Source: Piromyces finnis finn
Lineage: Eukaryota > Fungi > Neocallimastigomycota
Direction: 5' to 3'
Assembly (NCBI GenBank): GCA_002104945.1
Contig: MCFH01000025.1
Span: 434,001-498,000 of the forward strand
DNA length: 64,000 nt
Below are positions 23,279 through 37,309 of this stretch, one piece after another. Under the pieces are notes generated by a model. The model was given only the letters and a program-made list of their open reading frames with translations. It did no database searches and had not been told where the DNA came from. The stretch's first letter is position 1. Each line of letters opens with the position of its first letter. Both the position numbers and the translations under genes were made by a program.

Positions 23279-25935
23279 AGTAATAATAGTATATAGGCGT
23301 GTACGTATGTATGTGTATATGTATGTATATATTTACCCAATACCAGAAAAGAAATGAGTCAAGGATTGACCATATGGTATATAATTAATACTATTTGGAT
23401 TATAGCCATTACCCTTATTAGCATTACTTAAAGAAAGTGAAGAATTACCTTCTCCATTCATAATACTGGTGGCAATAGTTTTTACTACAGAATCTATGGA
23501 GGTTTGGTTATGAAGATTAGAAAAGCTATTTCTAAATATAATGAAAATTTATCATCATGATAAAAAAAATGTCATTTTGTTGAATATAAATAAATGAAAA
23601 GATAATAAAAAAAAATTAATAATTATATTGATATAAGAAGAAAAAAAAAAAATAGAATAAGAATTTAATGGATCAAGAGTCAAATTACTGATAATAGGAT
23701 AACATATTCTTAGATTGGAGACAATATTGAATATTATCAAAAACACTTGTGACAAATCTTTCTAATTCAAAAGCATCCACAAAACGATTACCTTCAATTT
23801 CAATAATAGTTTGTAAGACTTTATGTTTAATCATTTCAAAAGATTCTTCACTTTCACAAAAGGATGATTTTAATATGGAATAAATAAAAATAATTAATTC
23901 AATAATATCTTCAATATCAAAACCTGGCATTTCTTCAGCTTCTAGTGCCTTCGAACGTTGTACTAAGTTATTTAAGGCTTCACTTATATGTTGAACAATA
24001 CTAAAGTTATCATTGATATCTTCTAATGAAAATGGTAAAATTTTTTCAAAGCTTAATAATTCTTCCCATTTAGAGCATTTACTATTAATATTCCATGAAA
24101 TATTAATAGTTAAAATTTCATAATATTTTATTTTTTTTAAAAAATAAAAAATAAAAAAAAATAAAATATTTAATATGTTAATTATTTTTAAATATTTATA
24201 AAATGTATCATGAGAGGAAATTTGTATTAATAGTTACTAATCTTCTTCTGCTTCAATTACTGCAGAAATACATTCTAATGTATTTGAGTATTTTAATAGA
24301 GTCATTTCATTTTTCTTTAATATATCTATATAACTCTTGATTTGATCTACAAGTGTCATTTCATTATTTGACTTTAAATATACGAGAAAAAATTATTATA
24401 TTAACAATATATTCATTGTATTAATAATAATTTATTTATCATATAATGTTTTTTTTATAAAGAATTTAGTTTATCTTAATTTTTCCTTATGAATTTGCTA
24501 TTATTTTACCTTTGAGGTTTCAAAATCCGGAATTTCTCGCTTTAAAATATTGAGTAATTTTTTCTTGATAAGGATTAAGCCTTCCTTTCCTTTTGTTTTT
24601 TGTAAATCATCGATAAATTCCAATGTATTTTGATTCATTTGATGGGAAAATGAACATTTTATTGGAGTTAAATTGTCTATACATATATAAATATATAATA
24701 ATATTATTTAAAAATTATTATTATTATTATTATTTAAAAATTACTATTATTAGTTTCTATATATTCTTATATTATTATAAATGTATTTTTTTATGGTTGT
24801 TTGTTAAGTTTTTAATTGATTACTCTACCTAAATCATCCCTATTATCAATTAAATAATCAGAAGTAATATTTAAATCATATGAATTCGTTGATATTCTTG
24901 ATAATATATTATATATTTTATCAATTGAGTTATCCAAATGTTTTACAGGAGTACCAATATCTAAAGTCTATTTTATATATTAATTTTAATTCTTACTCTT
25001 ATTATATTTATTAAATGTAATATATTTATCCTTACTCTATCTATTAATATTAATGAGGCAGTTCTTTCTGATTTTTTTCTTGCAGCCGAAGATGAATGAG
25101 AAACAATTTCGCGAGCAATCAAATGTGATGTTTCACCTTATTATTATGGTTTTAATTTTAGTATTATAATTGATTATAAATTTTTTTTAATAATTGTGTT
25201 GGTAAATATATATTGATACCTATAGCAAAAAGGTCATCTTTCAAATTTAATTCTTCTAAAAAAGAGGATAAGCATGAACTTATACAATATATTTTACTCT
25301 TTTTTTTTTTTTTTTTTTGATTGTTTGATTATTTGTTTTACATTTTTAAATTTTATATAAATATATATATATATCAAAATAATAATTATTATAAAGGTAG
25401 TTTAAATGTAGTAATTCATTTTTATTTAATTAAATATATATTAAATAGTATTATTATTATTTTTTTACTTGTTCTTCTGGAGGTAATAAACTTAACTGAA
25501 TACCACCTTCTATATGATCGATATTTTCTTTTATATTTTAATAATATAGTATTAAATGATTAATGAATTTTTCCTATCTTTCTTTAATAAATAAATAAAA
25601 AACTACATTATAAATAGTATGATATTTCATATATAATCATTATTGATGATAATTACTGTATTTTTTTGAATTCATATATGGGAAAATACTTGCACTAGAA
25701 GGGATTAAGAATAATTCTGAAGAGAATAATGCCCATAATAATGGTATATATTCTACGGTATAAATCATATGTTCTACTGCTAATCCAGTTTGTTGACTTT
25801 CGTATACATATTATTACAGAATTATATTTATATATGAGGTGATAAAGTGTAAAAAGAAATTAATAAATATGAATATATGAAATGTACTATTATAAATGTA
25901 TATTATATTATTATTTATATATATAAATAATAATT

Positions 25936-25975
<40 letters not shown>

Positions 25976-27016
25976 AAGAATAGTAATAATATTACATTTC
26001 ATTTCCCATGTTTATCCATTGTTTTAATTTATTTTGAAATTTGGAAAAATAACCATCATCATTGCCTTGTAAATATTGAAAAGCAATAGAACCTAGATCT
26101 CTTTCCTGATTTGGAGATTCTCTTTGAATTCTTAAATTATGGCTTGATTCTGAAATAGCAGTGTAAACATGACATTCTTGATAAGCACTATTTAATAAAA
26201 TATTTTTTATTTTGGTTTCATAATCACATAAATATTGGGATATTATAAAAACAATTTTTTTTGTTTCTGGATATCTAGATAATATTTTGTAATGTTATTG
26301 TTGAATGGACATAGAGAAAATAAATAGATAGATATAAAAACATTTTTTTTTTGAAATATTAGTTATTATTTATTTTATTCTTTTTTTTTTTTTTTTTTTT
26401 TTTTTTAGAAAAAAAAAATAAGAAAACTTCAAAATTTCATTGATTTCTTTTTTATTTTTTTTTTCTCTATAAAAATTCTATAAAAATAAAGCATTAAAAT
26501 AATTTCTTATTTATAAAGTAGTAATATCTTTATTACTTTTAATTTATTCACTTTTTTTTTTTTGTATTTTTAAAAATAAACAAATTAAAAGTATTTATAT
26601 TAATATGACGAATGTGAATATTTACTTTATATAGTGACTGTTGCTATTGTCAAAGTTTATTACTTCATTGTCATTTTCTGGAACTTTATTAATATCTTTT
26701 ACGTTAGCAGCACCATTTTCAAATAATATATCTACACCTTCTTCTGAACTGTATTTTAAAACTTGTAGTATAGCGGTATCTAAATATACGATAGCATCTT
26801 CCAATGGAATAGAAAGATTTTCCCATATATTATTTATCATTGCTTTGGTTTGAGTAATAAAATTTTGATTTATTGAAGTTGTGGATGCATTTTCTGAAGA
26901 AGGCCAACTATTAAAACTAGAATTACTTCCCATATCATTTTTTCTTTTGCCCTTTAAGGAATTTAAGGTGAAACTCGGAAGTTTTGGAGAATCTATTCTA
27001 TTGTTTAATCTTTGCA

Positions 27017-27017
<1 letters not shown>
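22767..27017 (-). CDS. SCFD2: Sec1-family domain-containing protein 2-like (SCFD2/MIP3 type SM protein), about 11 exons
   Basis: DAIVYLD, KKIVFIISQYL, DDLFAIGETSHLIAREI, ASLILIDRTLDIGTPVKH, KWEELLSFEKI, IIIFFIVGGVTFNEV, VMVGST match, in order, the motifs I recall for animal SCFD2 (RAVVYLD, ASVVFVDRTLD, KWDNFLAFERL, LILFVVGGVTVSEV). Confidence 0.82.
23121..23278 (+). repeat. Imperfect (ATT)n microsatellite inside an SCFD2 intron
   Basis: ATT run with several ATTAATT interruptions. Confidence 0.95.
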
Positions 27018-27059
<42 letters not shown>

Positions 27060-28181
27060 TTTTTCTTTATATTTTTTATATAAAATTTGCTAGTTTATTT
27101 TTTTTTTGTTTTTGTTTTTCTTTTTTTTTAAATAAAAGGGAGGATTTTAGTTTAACAAAATTATATAAGAGAATTATAGGATAATTGGATTATTTCAATT
27201 ATTTATTATTTATTTTGATTTCTATTTCTATTTTTGTGTTATTTCTTTATATAAATTACAAGTAATTGACCCTTCGTCTTTAATGACAATTTTATATTAA
27301 TAAATATATAAAAAAAAAAAACTTTATAAATTAAAATTTTCATTTTTTAATCATAAAATTTTATTTTTTTATTGGCCATATTTAATTTATTTTTTTTTTT
27401 AAATATCAAAATGAAATAAAAAAAGTGGTAAAAACCATTCTTTATCCAAAATATAAAAAAAGAAAGTAAACACTAAATCATCATAAAATTGCATTAAATC
27501 AATTTATAACATTTATCATTGAATAAAATTGCAATTTTTTAAATAGAAAATAACCTCTTTTCTTCTTCTTATATGAAAGAAAACAATATTAATAAAACAT
27601 TTCAAAAGAATTTTATATATCAACAATAATTAATTGCTTTTTATTTTATATCACACTTTTTATTATTCTTAGTTGTTTTTTTTTTTTTTTTTTTTTTTTG
27701 CTACTTAAATATAACCGTATAATCAAGTAGCATAATAAGTTTAGTCTTTTTTTAATAAATTATTTTATAGCATATTTATTCAATTTATTAGTATTCATAC
27801 ATTTATATATATTCATTAGTTTATTAGCATTTTTATATTTTTATAACAAAAATTTTCTTTTTTTTTTTTTTTTTTTTTTTGAAAATATTTATTATTTCAG
27901 TAGGGATTCTTTTTTCTTTCTTTCTTTTTAATAATAAAGAATATAATATTTTTAGTTATCTTAATATGATAATTTAAATAAAGGATATGGTTCGATTATT
28001 TCTATAGTATAATAAATTATTTTTAATGGTGTTTTAATAATTAACATTCCATAAAAGATACATCAAATTTACAATTTAGCGATAAAGAATTAACAATTAA
28101 TAATAATATTCATTATTCATTTACTTTATATATTTATACATGATTAGAATTATAAAAGAAGAATTTGATAACAATTTCTTT

Positions 28182-28214
<33 letters not shown>

Positions 28215-28716
28215 GTATTATCTTTAAAAATGATTTTTATTAATTTTTTAATTTACTTAATTTTATATTTAATTTAAAAAAAAAATAAAAATTAATAAAT
28301 AAACTTTTCTTTTTATTGAAAAGTGAAAAGTAAAAATTTAATTTATAAGTATAAAGGGTAAAGAAGAAAAAAAAAAAAAGAATGAATGAATAATTTTTAA
28401 AAAAAAAAAATAAAAATAAAAATAATTTACTTCATTATTCTTGTAGTATTAATAAATATAATTAAACAAAATATTTATAATAACATTTAATGAATATATA
28501 ATTTAAATTGCATTACATTTTCACTTAGTCCTTAAAAAAAAAAAAGACAATTTAAAAAAATACTTTAAAACTTTCAATTTATATATATATAAATTATATA
28601 TAAAAGTTTAAAGAAAATAATAATAAATATCAATTAATATATTCATTTCATTTTTTCATTTTTATATTTAAAAGGAAAAAAAGAAAAAAGCAATATATAT
28701 TTGCAAAATAAAAAAA

Positions 28717-28855
28717 ATGGACGACCTCATTGACGATTCTATTTTTGAATTATCAACAGAAGAATTCTGTAAAAAATATGGTAAGAAGAAAATAAAAACT
28801 ATTATTAATACGTTGTTTTATTTTATATATAATAAACCTTACACAATAATAATAC

Positions 28856-28894
<39 letters not shown>

Positions 28895-30659
28895 TTTTTA
28901 ATGTTTTAAAATGTTGAATTATTTATTATTAAATATGTTAAATGAAATTTGATATACAAAAAAAGAAAATAATTATATATTTAATCTATAAAAAAAAAAA
29001 AAAAAAAAAAAATTAAATTTCATTCTTACTCAATGTAAAATTAATATCTTTTTAAGTGGGTAGTATAATAAGACAATGAGAACCAGTTAATCAAATTAAA
29101 AAAAATCTTATCTTAAGAATTTTGAAATTTGACTTTTTATTTTTCAAAATGTGTTTATATACAAAGTTTTTCATTCCTCATTAACCAGTTTTAACTAATA
29201 TTTTATATATATATATATTTAAAATAATAATTGTTAATAATGATTTGAAATTAATTAATAAAGATGCTAATTCCTTAGATCCATCCATTCGTAATTCTGA
29301 CGTAATTACAAAAAGATTAAAAGGAGAAGCATTTAGAAAACTTGATTATAAAGAATATCCAACTTATAAAAAGATAGGAGTAAGTTTTTAATAATATCTT
29401 TTCAACAATAAATTATTATTCCTAATTAATATTTTAAAAGAAATAGAAAAACTATATTTTAGTATAATAATATATTCTTTTATTTAATTTTTTTAAATAT
29501 TTTTAAAATTTCTATTTTTTTAATTTTTATTTTTGAAAAATAAAGGTTATTCTTGTATGTATTTTTGTACTTCCCTTAAGACTTTTATCTTTTTTCGTCT
29601 TCTTCATATTATGTACAATTCCTGTCATCGTTAACGAATACATTGAAGATACTAAAGGAAATTGTATTGAAAATAAAGATTCTCCATATTATCAAATGAG
29701 TTATGATGAAATACCAAAAAGTAAAAAAGGTGCCTTTATAATTAAACTTTGTATGTCTCATTTTATAAAAATTGCCTTGAGATTAGTATTTGCATTTAAT
29801 TCTATTACTATTAACGACAAAAGAATTAGAGATAAAAATGGAAAGGTAAAAATTATTACCTTTAAAAATTAATTTAAAGTGTATAAGATGTCAAATTATT
29901 ATTTCCTTATATAGAAATGAAACTTTAATATTAATTATTATTTCCTATTTTTATATGATTTGATTTATAAAGGCTGAAACTGCACCAATTATTGTTTCGA
30001 ATCATTCTTCTTTAATGGATATTTTGTTCATCACCTCTTACTATGATGTTGTTCCATCTTTTGTTGCCCTTGTATGTATAGAATTATAAATATATTAATA
30101 AATAAAATAAATAAATAAAAAATAGTTATTATTTAATTTATATATAATTAATTATTATTTATTTTTTTTTATTTGTTTATATAATTATTTATTTAGGAAT
30201 GGATTGGTAATGTACCATTTATTGGATCTGTCGCAAAAGCTATGGTAATGAAATAGAATTATTATTATAATAAATCATATTTGAATTAATAATAAAATTT
30301 TCTTAATATATATTAATAATTATTAATATATTAATGTATTTATAGCAAAGTGTTTTTGTAAATCCAAGTAAAGGAAAAGGTATTACTAAAAAAATTCAAG
30401 AACATGCTGAACTATGGGAAAATGGAAGTAAGTATATAAATTTAATCTATCATAAAAGTTTTTAATATAATCTAATATATATATATAATATCTTAAATTA
30501 TTTTATTAAAAATTATTGGAAAATAATAAAATCTTTGACTTTTTATTTAAATTTAAATTATTTTTTTATTATGATAAAATAAAAAAAGATATCCCACCAG
30601 TTGTTATTTTCCCTGAAGGAACTACTACAAATGGAAAATTCTTAAGTATATATCACATC

Positions 30660-30696
<37 letters not shown>

Positions 30697-31289
30697 AAAT
30701 ATGCAAATAGATAATTCTCTATATTTAATATATTCCAATTAATTCATCTTCCTTTTTCTTTCCTTTTAAAGTTGAATTTAAGAATGGTGCTTTCTATCCT
30801 TTTAAGCCAATCCAACCTGTTCTTATTCATTACAAATTTAAATATTTCAATCCATGCTGGGTTGAACTTAGTGCTCTTAAATACTTTTCTAATTTATTAA
30901 CTCAATGGTCTAATAGTGTTGAAATTACATTTTTACCTGTAGTGAGACCAACTGAAGAAGAAAAGAAGGATGTTACTAAATATCGTGATAGATTACAAGA
31001 GGTTAGTATTAATTTCATATTAATAGATTATATTTTTAAAATCCTTATAATATATAAATACAGATTAAAGATAGCGATAGAATCAATAATATAAAAGATA
31101 ATTATTAATATAAAATAAACTTTCTATTATATTCATTTATTAAAGATTATGGCTCGTGAATTAGAAACTATTAGTCTTAATTATTCTAATCGTTCTCAAA
31201 AATTGATATATAAAGATTATATTAATAATATTACTACCTTTGAAGAATGTGAAAAAAGATATGATGAACTTTATTCAAAATCAAAATAA
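28717..31289 (+). CDS. Lysophospholipid acyltransferase (LPCAT/LPEAT-like, PlsC domain), 9 exons
   Basis: PIIVSNHSSLMD (NHx4D), VPFIGSVAKAMQSVFV, VIFPEGTTTNG, FKNGAFYPFKPIQPVLIHY, EITFLPVVRPTEEEK. Confidence 0.9.
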
Positions 31290-34200
31290 AATTACTTATA
31301 ATATTCACATAATCAATTCATAAAATATTTTATCCATTCATAGTTATAAAAATAAAGAAACTATCTAGGTTTTCAATTAATTAATTAATAATAAGAATGG
31401 TGGTACCAAAATATTCAAGACATAAATAAACGACTTAAAAAAATGAAATAATAAATAATAATAAATCATACAAACAATATTATATATACCAAATCAATAA
31501 CAAAATTTTAATAATAAGCCTCTATAATAACAATTCAACTAAGTAGGGGAAATTTTTTTTTTTTAATTATTACATGAGGAAATTTTTTTTTTTTTTAATT
31601 CTAAATAAAATGAATATCATTTTTACTTAATCAACAAATGTTATAAGCCTAAAAACGCATATAACAACAACAACAATAATAATAATAATAACCACTTAAA
31701 TACATTTTATATAAATTTTTTTAATAAATAAATATATATATTTTTTTTTCTTTTTAAAAACTTAAATATAAAATATTAAATAACTAATTTATTCTTTACA
31801 GATGTATAAAAATATTTTAAAATATAAAATAAAGAATAAAATATATACATATATAATATAATATACTTTAACATTATTTATATGTATATGTATAATATGT
31901 ATAATATATAAAAATAATGTTAAAGTAAAAAAAATAATTATTTAAAATACAGAATATATAAATATATAAAAAATCAAATGGAAAGAATATTAATATTCAA
32001 TATTTTTCTTTTTGGTTGCCTTATGTTTTTCAAGTTAATATTTTGTTTATTTATTTGTTTATTTATTTAATACATTGTGGCTTGTTTTACATATTTTGAT
32101 AAATTAATATAGTCATTTCCTCTCATTTTACGCCACAAGTATATTATGAATTAAGTAAATCTGTCATTTTAAAACAACATCATAATATACAAACTTTATT
32201 TAATAATATATTATAATATTATTAATATATAATATAATATATTACAATTACAATATATTTATTTTTTTTAAATTTTTTTTTTGTTTTGATTTAATATTTA
32301 CCAATACCTGATTTTATTGTATATATTAAAATATATTGGATTTAATTTATTTTATATATTATTAAAATTTGTATCACAATACAACCATTTAAATCTTTAA
32401 CGCCGTTTAGTAATGTCAGATCAAAAAAAAATAAGAAACCATTAAAGAGTTCACTAGAAAAATAACTACTTAAACGTTTAAAGTGGTAAAGAGAATAATA
32501 AAACAATAATTAAAAGAAAGAATAAAAGAAGTTAAAGATAAATAGGTTAAGATTGAAATACTTTGTTTATTATTTGATCCTCTAATTTAATAGAAATTTC
32601 ATCACGTGTCATGATTCTTTGTTGTTTTAAATTTGACTTTTTAATAAACAAACCAACAAAACAAAAAAATCGTGTATTAACCATAAAATAAGACCTGTTA
32701 GCTAAAGAGGTTAACTAAAAATAACGATGTTTATATAATTCCAATAAAGTATATTAAAGGTTAGTAAACTTTTTGATTTACCTAACGATTGATCTATAGA
32801 TATAAATTAAAGATTAGTAAAATATTTAAAATATTTACATTTTTTATAATATTAAATTTTATATGATATAAAGTTTAATATAGGACAATTACTCATCATT
32901 TATAATATATTATGGTTACATCAATAATAAAATAAAACCATGAAATAGAATGAAAAAAATATAAGAAAACACCATTTAACCATCATACTAATTATTTTAT
33001 ATTTTTTATACTGTTATTATTACCTTTCCTTCTTTCTTTTACTATATTCATTCCTTTTATATATTTTTAATGTTTATGTTTATATTTACAAAGCTTAATC
33101 TTTAAAAAATTTAATAAATTAAATTAATTAAATGAATATAATAAATAATTTATTAATATAAATAAATATATAAATAAATAATAAATTAGATGAATCATTG
33201 CCAATATAAATATTTTCCATATAAATATAAAAATATTTCCATAAAAGATGAATAGTAAATAATAAATTTTATTATACTTTTTTTTTTAATATTTATTTAT
33301 TAGCATAATAATATTAAAATAATTATATATAAATAAGGTGTCATTACCTTTTTTTTTTTTTCTTTTACTTAAAATTAAAATAATTAAAAAATAATAATAA
33401 TAAAAATAGATCAAATTGGAAGAGAAAATTACTTGTATTAGATAACAATAAAAATTAAATAATAATATTTGAAAAGAAAAAACAATTAAAAATCTTTTAA
33501 AAAAAAAAATTCTTAAAAAAAAAAAAAAAATTGGAAATTCAATTTTATTTATTTTATATATACATATGAACATTGATTATCATTAATGTATATATATATA
33601 AGAATCCCATATAGAACATAATTAATAAACGTTACTTTCAGTAATAGGAAAATATTTGAAATATTTTCTTTTTTATTTGCTTATTAAAAAACAATAAAAT
33701 ATTGAAATATACTATTTGTGTCTATTTTCTTGAATAAAAAAAATATATTTAAAATTCGACTTATTCATTAATGTTCAAAAAAGATATAATTATATCTTAT
33801 AGAGTAGAAAAAGAAGAAAGCATTATATATAAAGTGCAAAAGATATAATTCAAATGAATTAGAAATAAAAAAACATTCCTGTAAAATTCAAAATCAATAA
33901 AACATTTCAATTATACAATCTATTATTAACCTTAAAAAAAAAAAAGTAAATACTTCCTAATTCTTATTATTTATTAAAATGAATAATAAGAAAGTGTTAT
34001 ATTTAAATTAAACTATTATAATGATAATGACTTTTTTTTTTTATTAACACATACTATATTTTAATAATAAATAAATATTAATTATTTTTTATTTTTATTT
34101 TTCTCTATAATAATATTAAGTAGTTCCATTTACTTTTTTTTTTCAAGTCCAAACTTTATTAAAACTACATATAAATATCTTTTTCTATTTTGAAAAGGAA

Positions 34201-34964
34201 AGGAAAAAAGTACATGAAAAATAGAAAAAGTAATAAATAAAAAACAATTTTTTCAAATTCATATAACAAATAAATATTAAACATTATTACCTAATTTCAA
34301 TTAGAAACAAAACAAACAAGCAAAAAAATAAATATAAATATTAACCCATATATTACATTTAATATTCCAAAACGAAAAAAAAAAAAAAAAAAAGTACTAA
34401 ACTCATTTAAATTCCGTATAAATATTAAAGAGCAAAAATAAAAAAAGTAAAAGTTATACCATAATTATTTAGTATTAATTTAAATACAATTATAATTTAT
34501 TCGTTTTTCTATTCATTTATTTAAATTTACAAATAAAAACTCTTTATACATTATTTATTGTTAAAGATAATAAAAAAAAAAAACATACAATAAAAGATAG
34601 AATTATTACAATAAAAACCATTATATTCATAGATAAATTATTCTATTTTTCATAATTAGTATAAAAACTATTGTCCTTTTTTTTTTTTATTTATTTAACT
34701 ATAATTAAACAAGCTGGCTTCAACAATATACACTGACGACGGTATTTATTGAATAATAAATAGTTACTATTTTATTTAAAAAATTATCAATATAAATAAC
34801 TATATTTCTATTTTTAATAACAATCATTTATAATTAATTTCAAAATATATATATATATGTATTATTAAAATTTTTGAATCTAATGTTTAATATTTTTAAA
34901 TATTTAAGATGAAGTTGAATTATTACCATTAGTTGATTCAACTTCTAGAGGTCGCTCAAATACT

Positions 34965-37273
34965 ATGTATTCATCACATTCTACTAATACAAATGACAGT
35001 ACTCAAGCATCAAGCATATATGAACCTATCAGTTATAATGATAATAAATTTCAACAGCCTCAACAAACCTCTCCACATAGAAAACATCGTCATCACCATC
35101 ATCACCATTATAAAAACAGCACTTTTAAAAAGTATAAAAAAAGTGAGGAAATTTCATTGTTCCGTTCTTCACCAATGAAATTAATACAGATTTATATACC
35201 CACAGAAATTATTCATTATACTCTTCAAAAATTTGGTGAAACAAGTATATTGCATATTATTGATGTAGGTTACTAAAAATTAAATAAATTTATTGTGTTC
35301 AATAAATTATATAACTGTATTAATAAATCAAAAATTAAATTCAATATTTAATAAAAATTTTTTTAATTTCAACTTTCCAAATAATACAGTTAAATAAAGA
35401 TTTAAATGCTGTTAACAGACCTTATATATATGAAATGAGACGATATAATTTAATTAATGATATATTAAGTAAATATAATCAAATATGATGATGAATTAGC
35501 ATAATTTAAAAATATATATTTATTTTCAATATTTTATTCTGAATCCTAATTTACTTTTTTTTTTTTTAAACAAAAAAAAAATTATAGGTTATTTCCGTAG
35601 AAAAATCAATGAAGAACATATTTCAATAAATTATTTAAAGCCACAACATCTTAAATATTTGTCTTCATATACTCAACATGACATTGATGAATTAGAACAA
35701 AAATTAAAAGTATTACGTGATCGCGTACAACATCTTTGTAAAACAAAAGAAGAATTAGAAAGACAAGAAATCTCATTGACAGAAGAACGTTGGGTTTATG
35801 AAAAATTTGATTCCTTATTATGCAATGTATGTGTTGCAAAATAATAAATAAAATATTATTTTTAAAAAAAAAAATAAAAATAAAAATAGTAATTCGATTC
35901 GATAAATATGATTTCATATAGATACAGGTGGATATGAATGTAAATGATAATAATCATGAAGAAGATGAAAATACAGGATTGTTAGCTATGGAAGAAGGTC
36001 GTGCTAAGGAAATTAAAGATAGATTTAAAATCAGGTATGTAAATTATTAAAATAAAAATAATTAGTTTAAAAAAGAGAAAGAATATTATTAAATAATAGG
36101 TATTTCATAATTATTTACCATAATTTTAATTTTAATAGTAATATTTCTGGTGTCATATCTAAGAGATTAGCTGATGTATTCGAAAGAATTCTTTGGAGAA
36201 CATTTTATGGCAATGTTATTGTAAACATTGTTGATATTGATGAACTCTTTTATAATTTTACAACAAAAGAATATGAAAAAAAATGTGTCTTTTCTGTATT
36301 TACTCATGGGGTAGAAATGTGTAAAAAAATAAGAAAATTGGCAGATTCTTTAGATTTACCTCTATACGAAGTTGATAGTAATGATGAATTAAGAAGACAA
36401 CGTTTAGAAAATCTTAAAAATCGTATATCAGATATTAATGCTGTAAGTAAATAAAATGAGGATAATAATAAATAAACACCATTATATGACCGCATTAAAA
36501 TAGGTATTCATTAGTATATTAATAATATTTATATTCGCATAATATTTTTTTTGTAAAAAGGTTTTACTTGCAAGTCAAAAAGCATTATTTAATCAATTAA
36601 CTGAAATTGCTGATTCATTAGAAGAATGGTATGCAGTTATTATGAAAGAACGTAATATTTATCAAGTATTAAGTCGTTGTAAGAAAAGTCAATATTTAAA
36701 GGGTGGTATTATATTAAGAGCTTGGATTACTTCATACGATATGGATACACTACAGGAAATTGTTGATGATATTAGGGTAAGAAATAAATGAAAATAGTAA
36801 AATTTTATTGATAATTTTATTTTAACATATAATTATTTATTTGATAAATAAATTTTATCTATTTTATTCATACTAATTATATAATTTTATATAATATCTT
36901 AATTCAAAAAATAAATAAATTTTATATTTTATTGTTTATAATTATTAATGTTGTTTTTATATTAAATAGACCAATATAGATAAAAACACCTTACCAATAG
37001 TAAATGAATTAAGTATTGAAGGTGAGGAACCACCTACTCGTCAAGAAACTAATAAATTTACAGAAGGTTTCCAAAATCTTATTGATGCTTATGGTATTGC
37101 CAAATATCAAGAAGTTAATCCTGGTATATTTGCTGTTACTACCTTCCCATTCCTTTTTGCCATTATGTTTGGTGATTCTGGACATGGTGTTTTAATGGCC
37201 TTATTCGGTTTAACTATGATTCTTTTAGAACGAAGATTAAGTCAAGGTCGACTTAATGATGTATGTCGATTCT

Positions 37274-37309
<36 letters not shown>

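Noticed and set aside
27980-27988. Other RTATCCTTT words (27980, 37609, 63402 on minus; 19138, 47299, 54012 on plus)
   Set aside because: Intergenic or antisense to the host gene, not at exon boundaries; expected by chance at this AT content.
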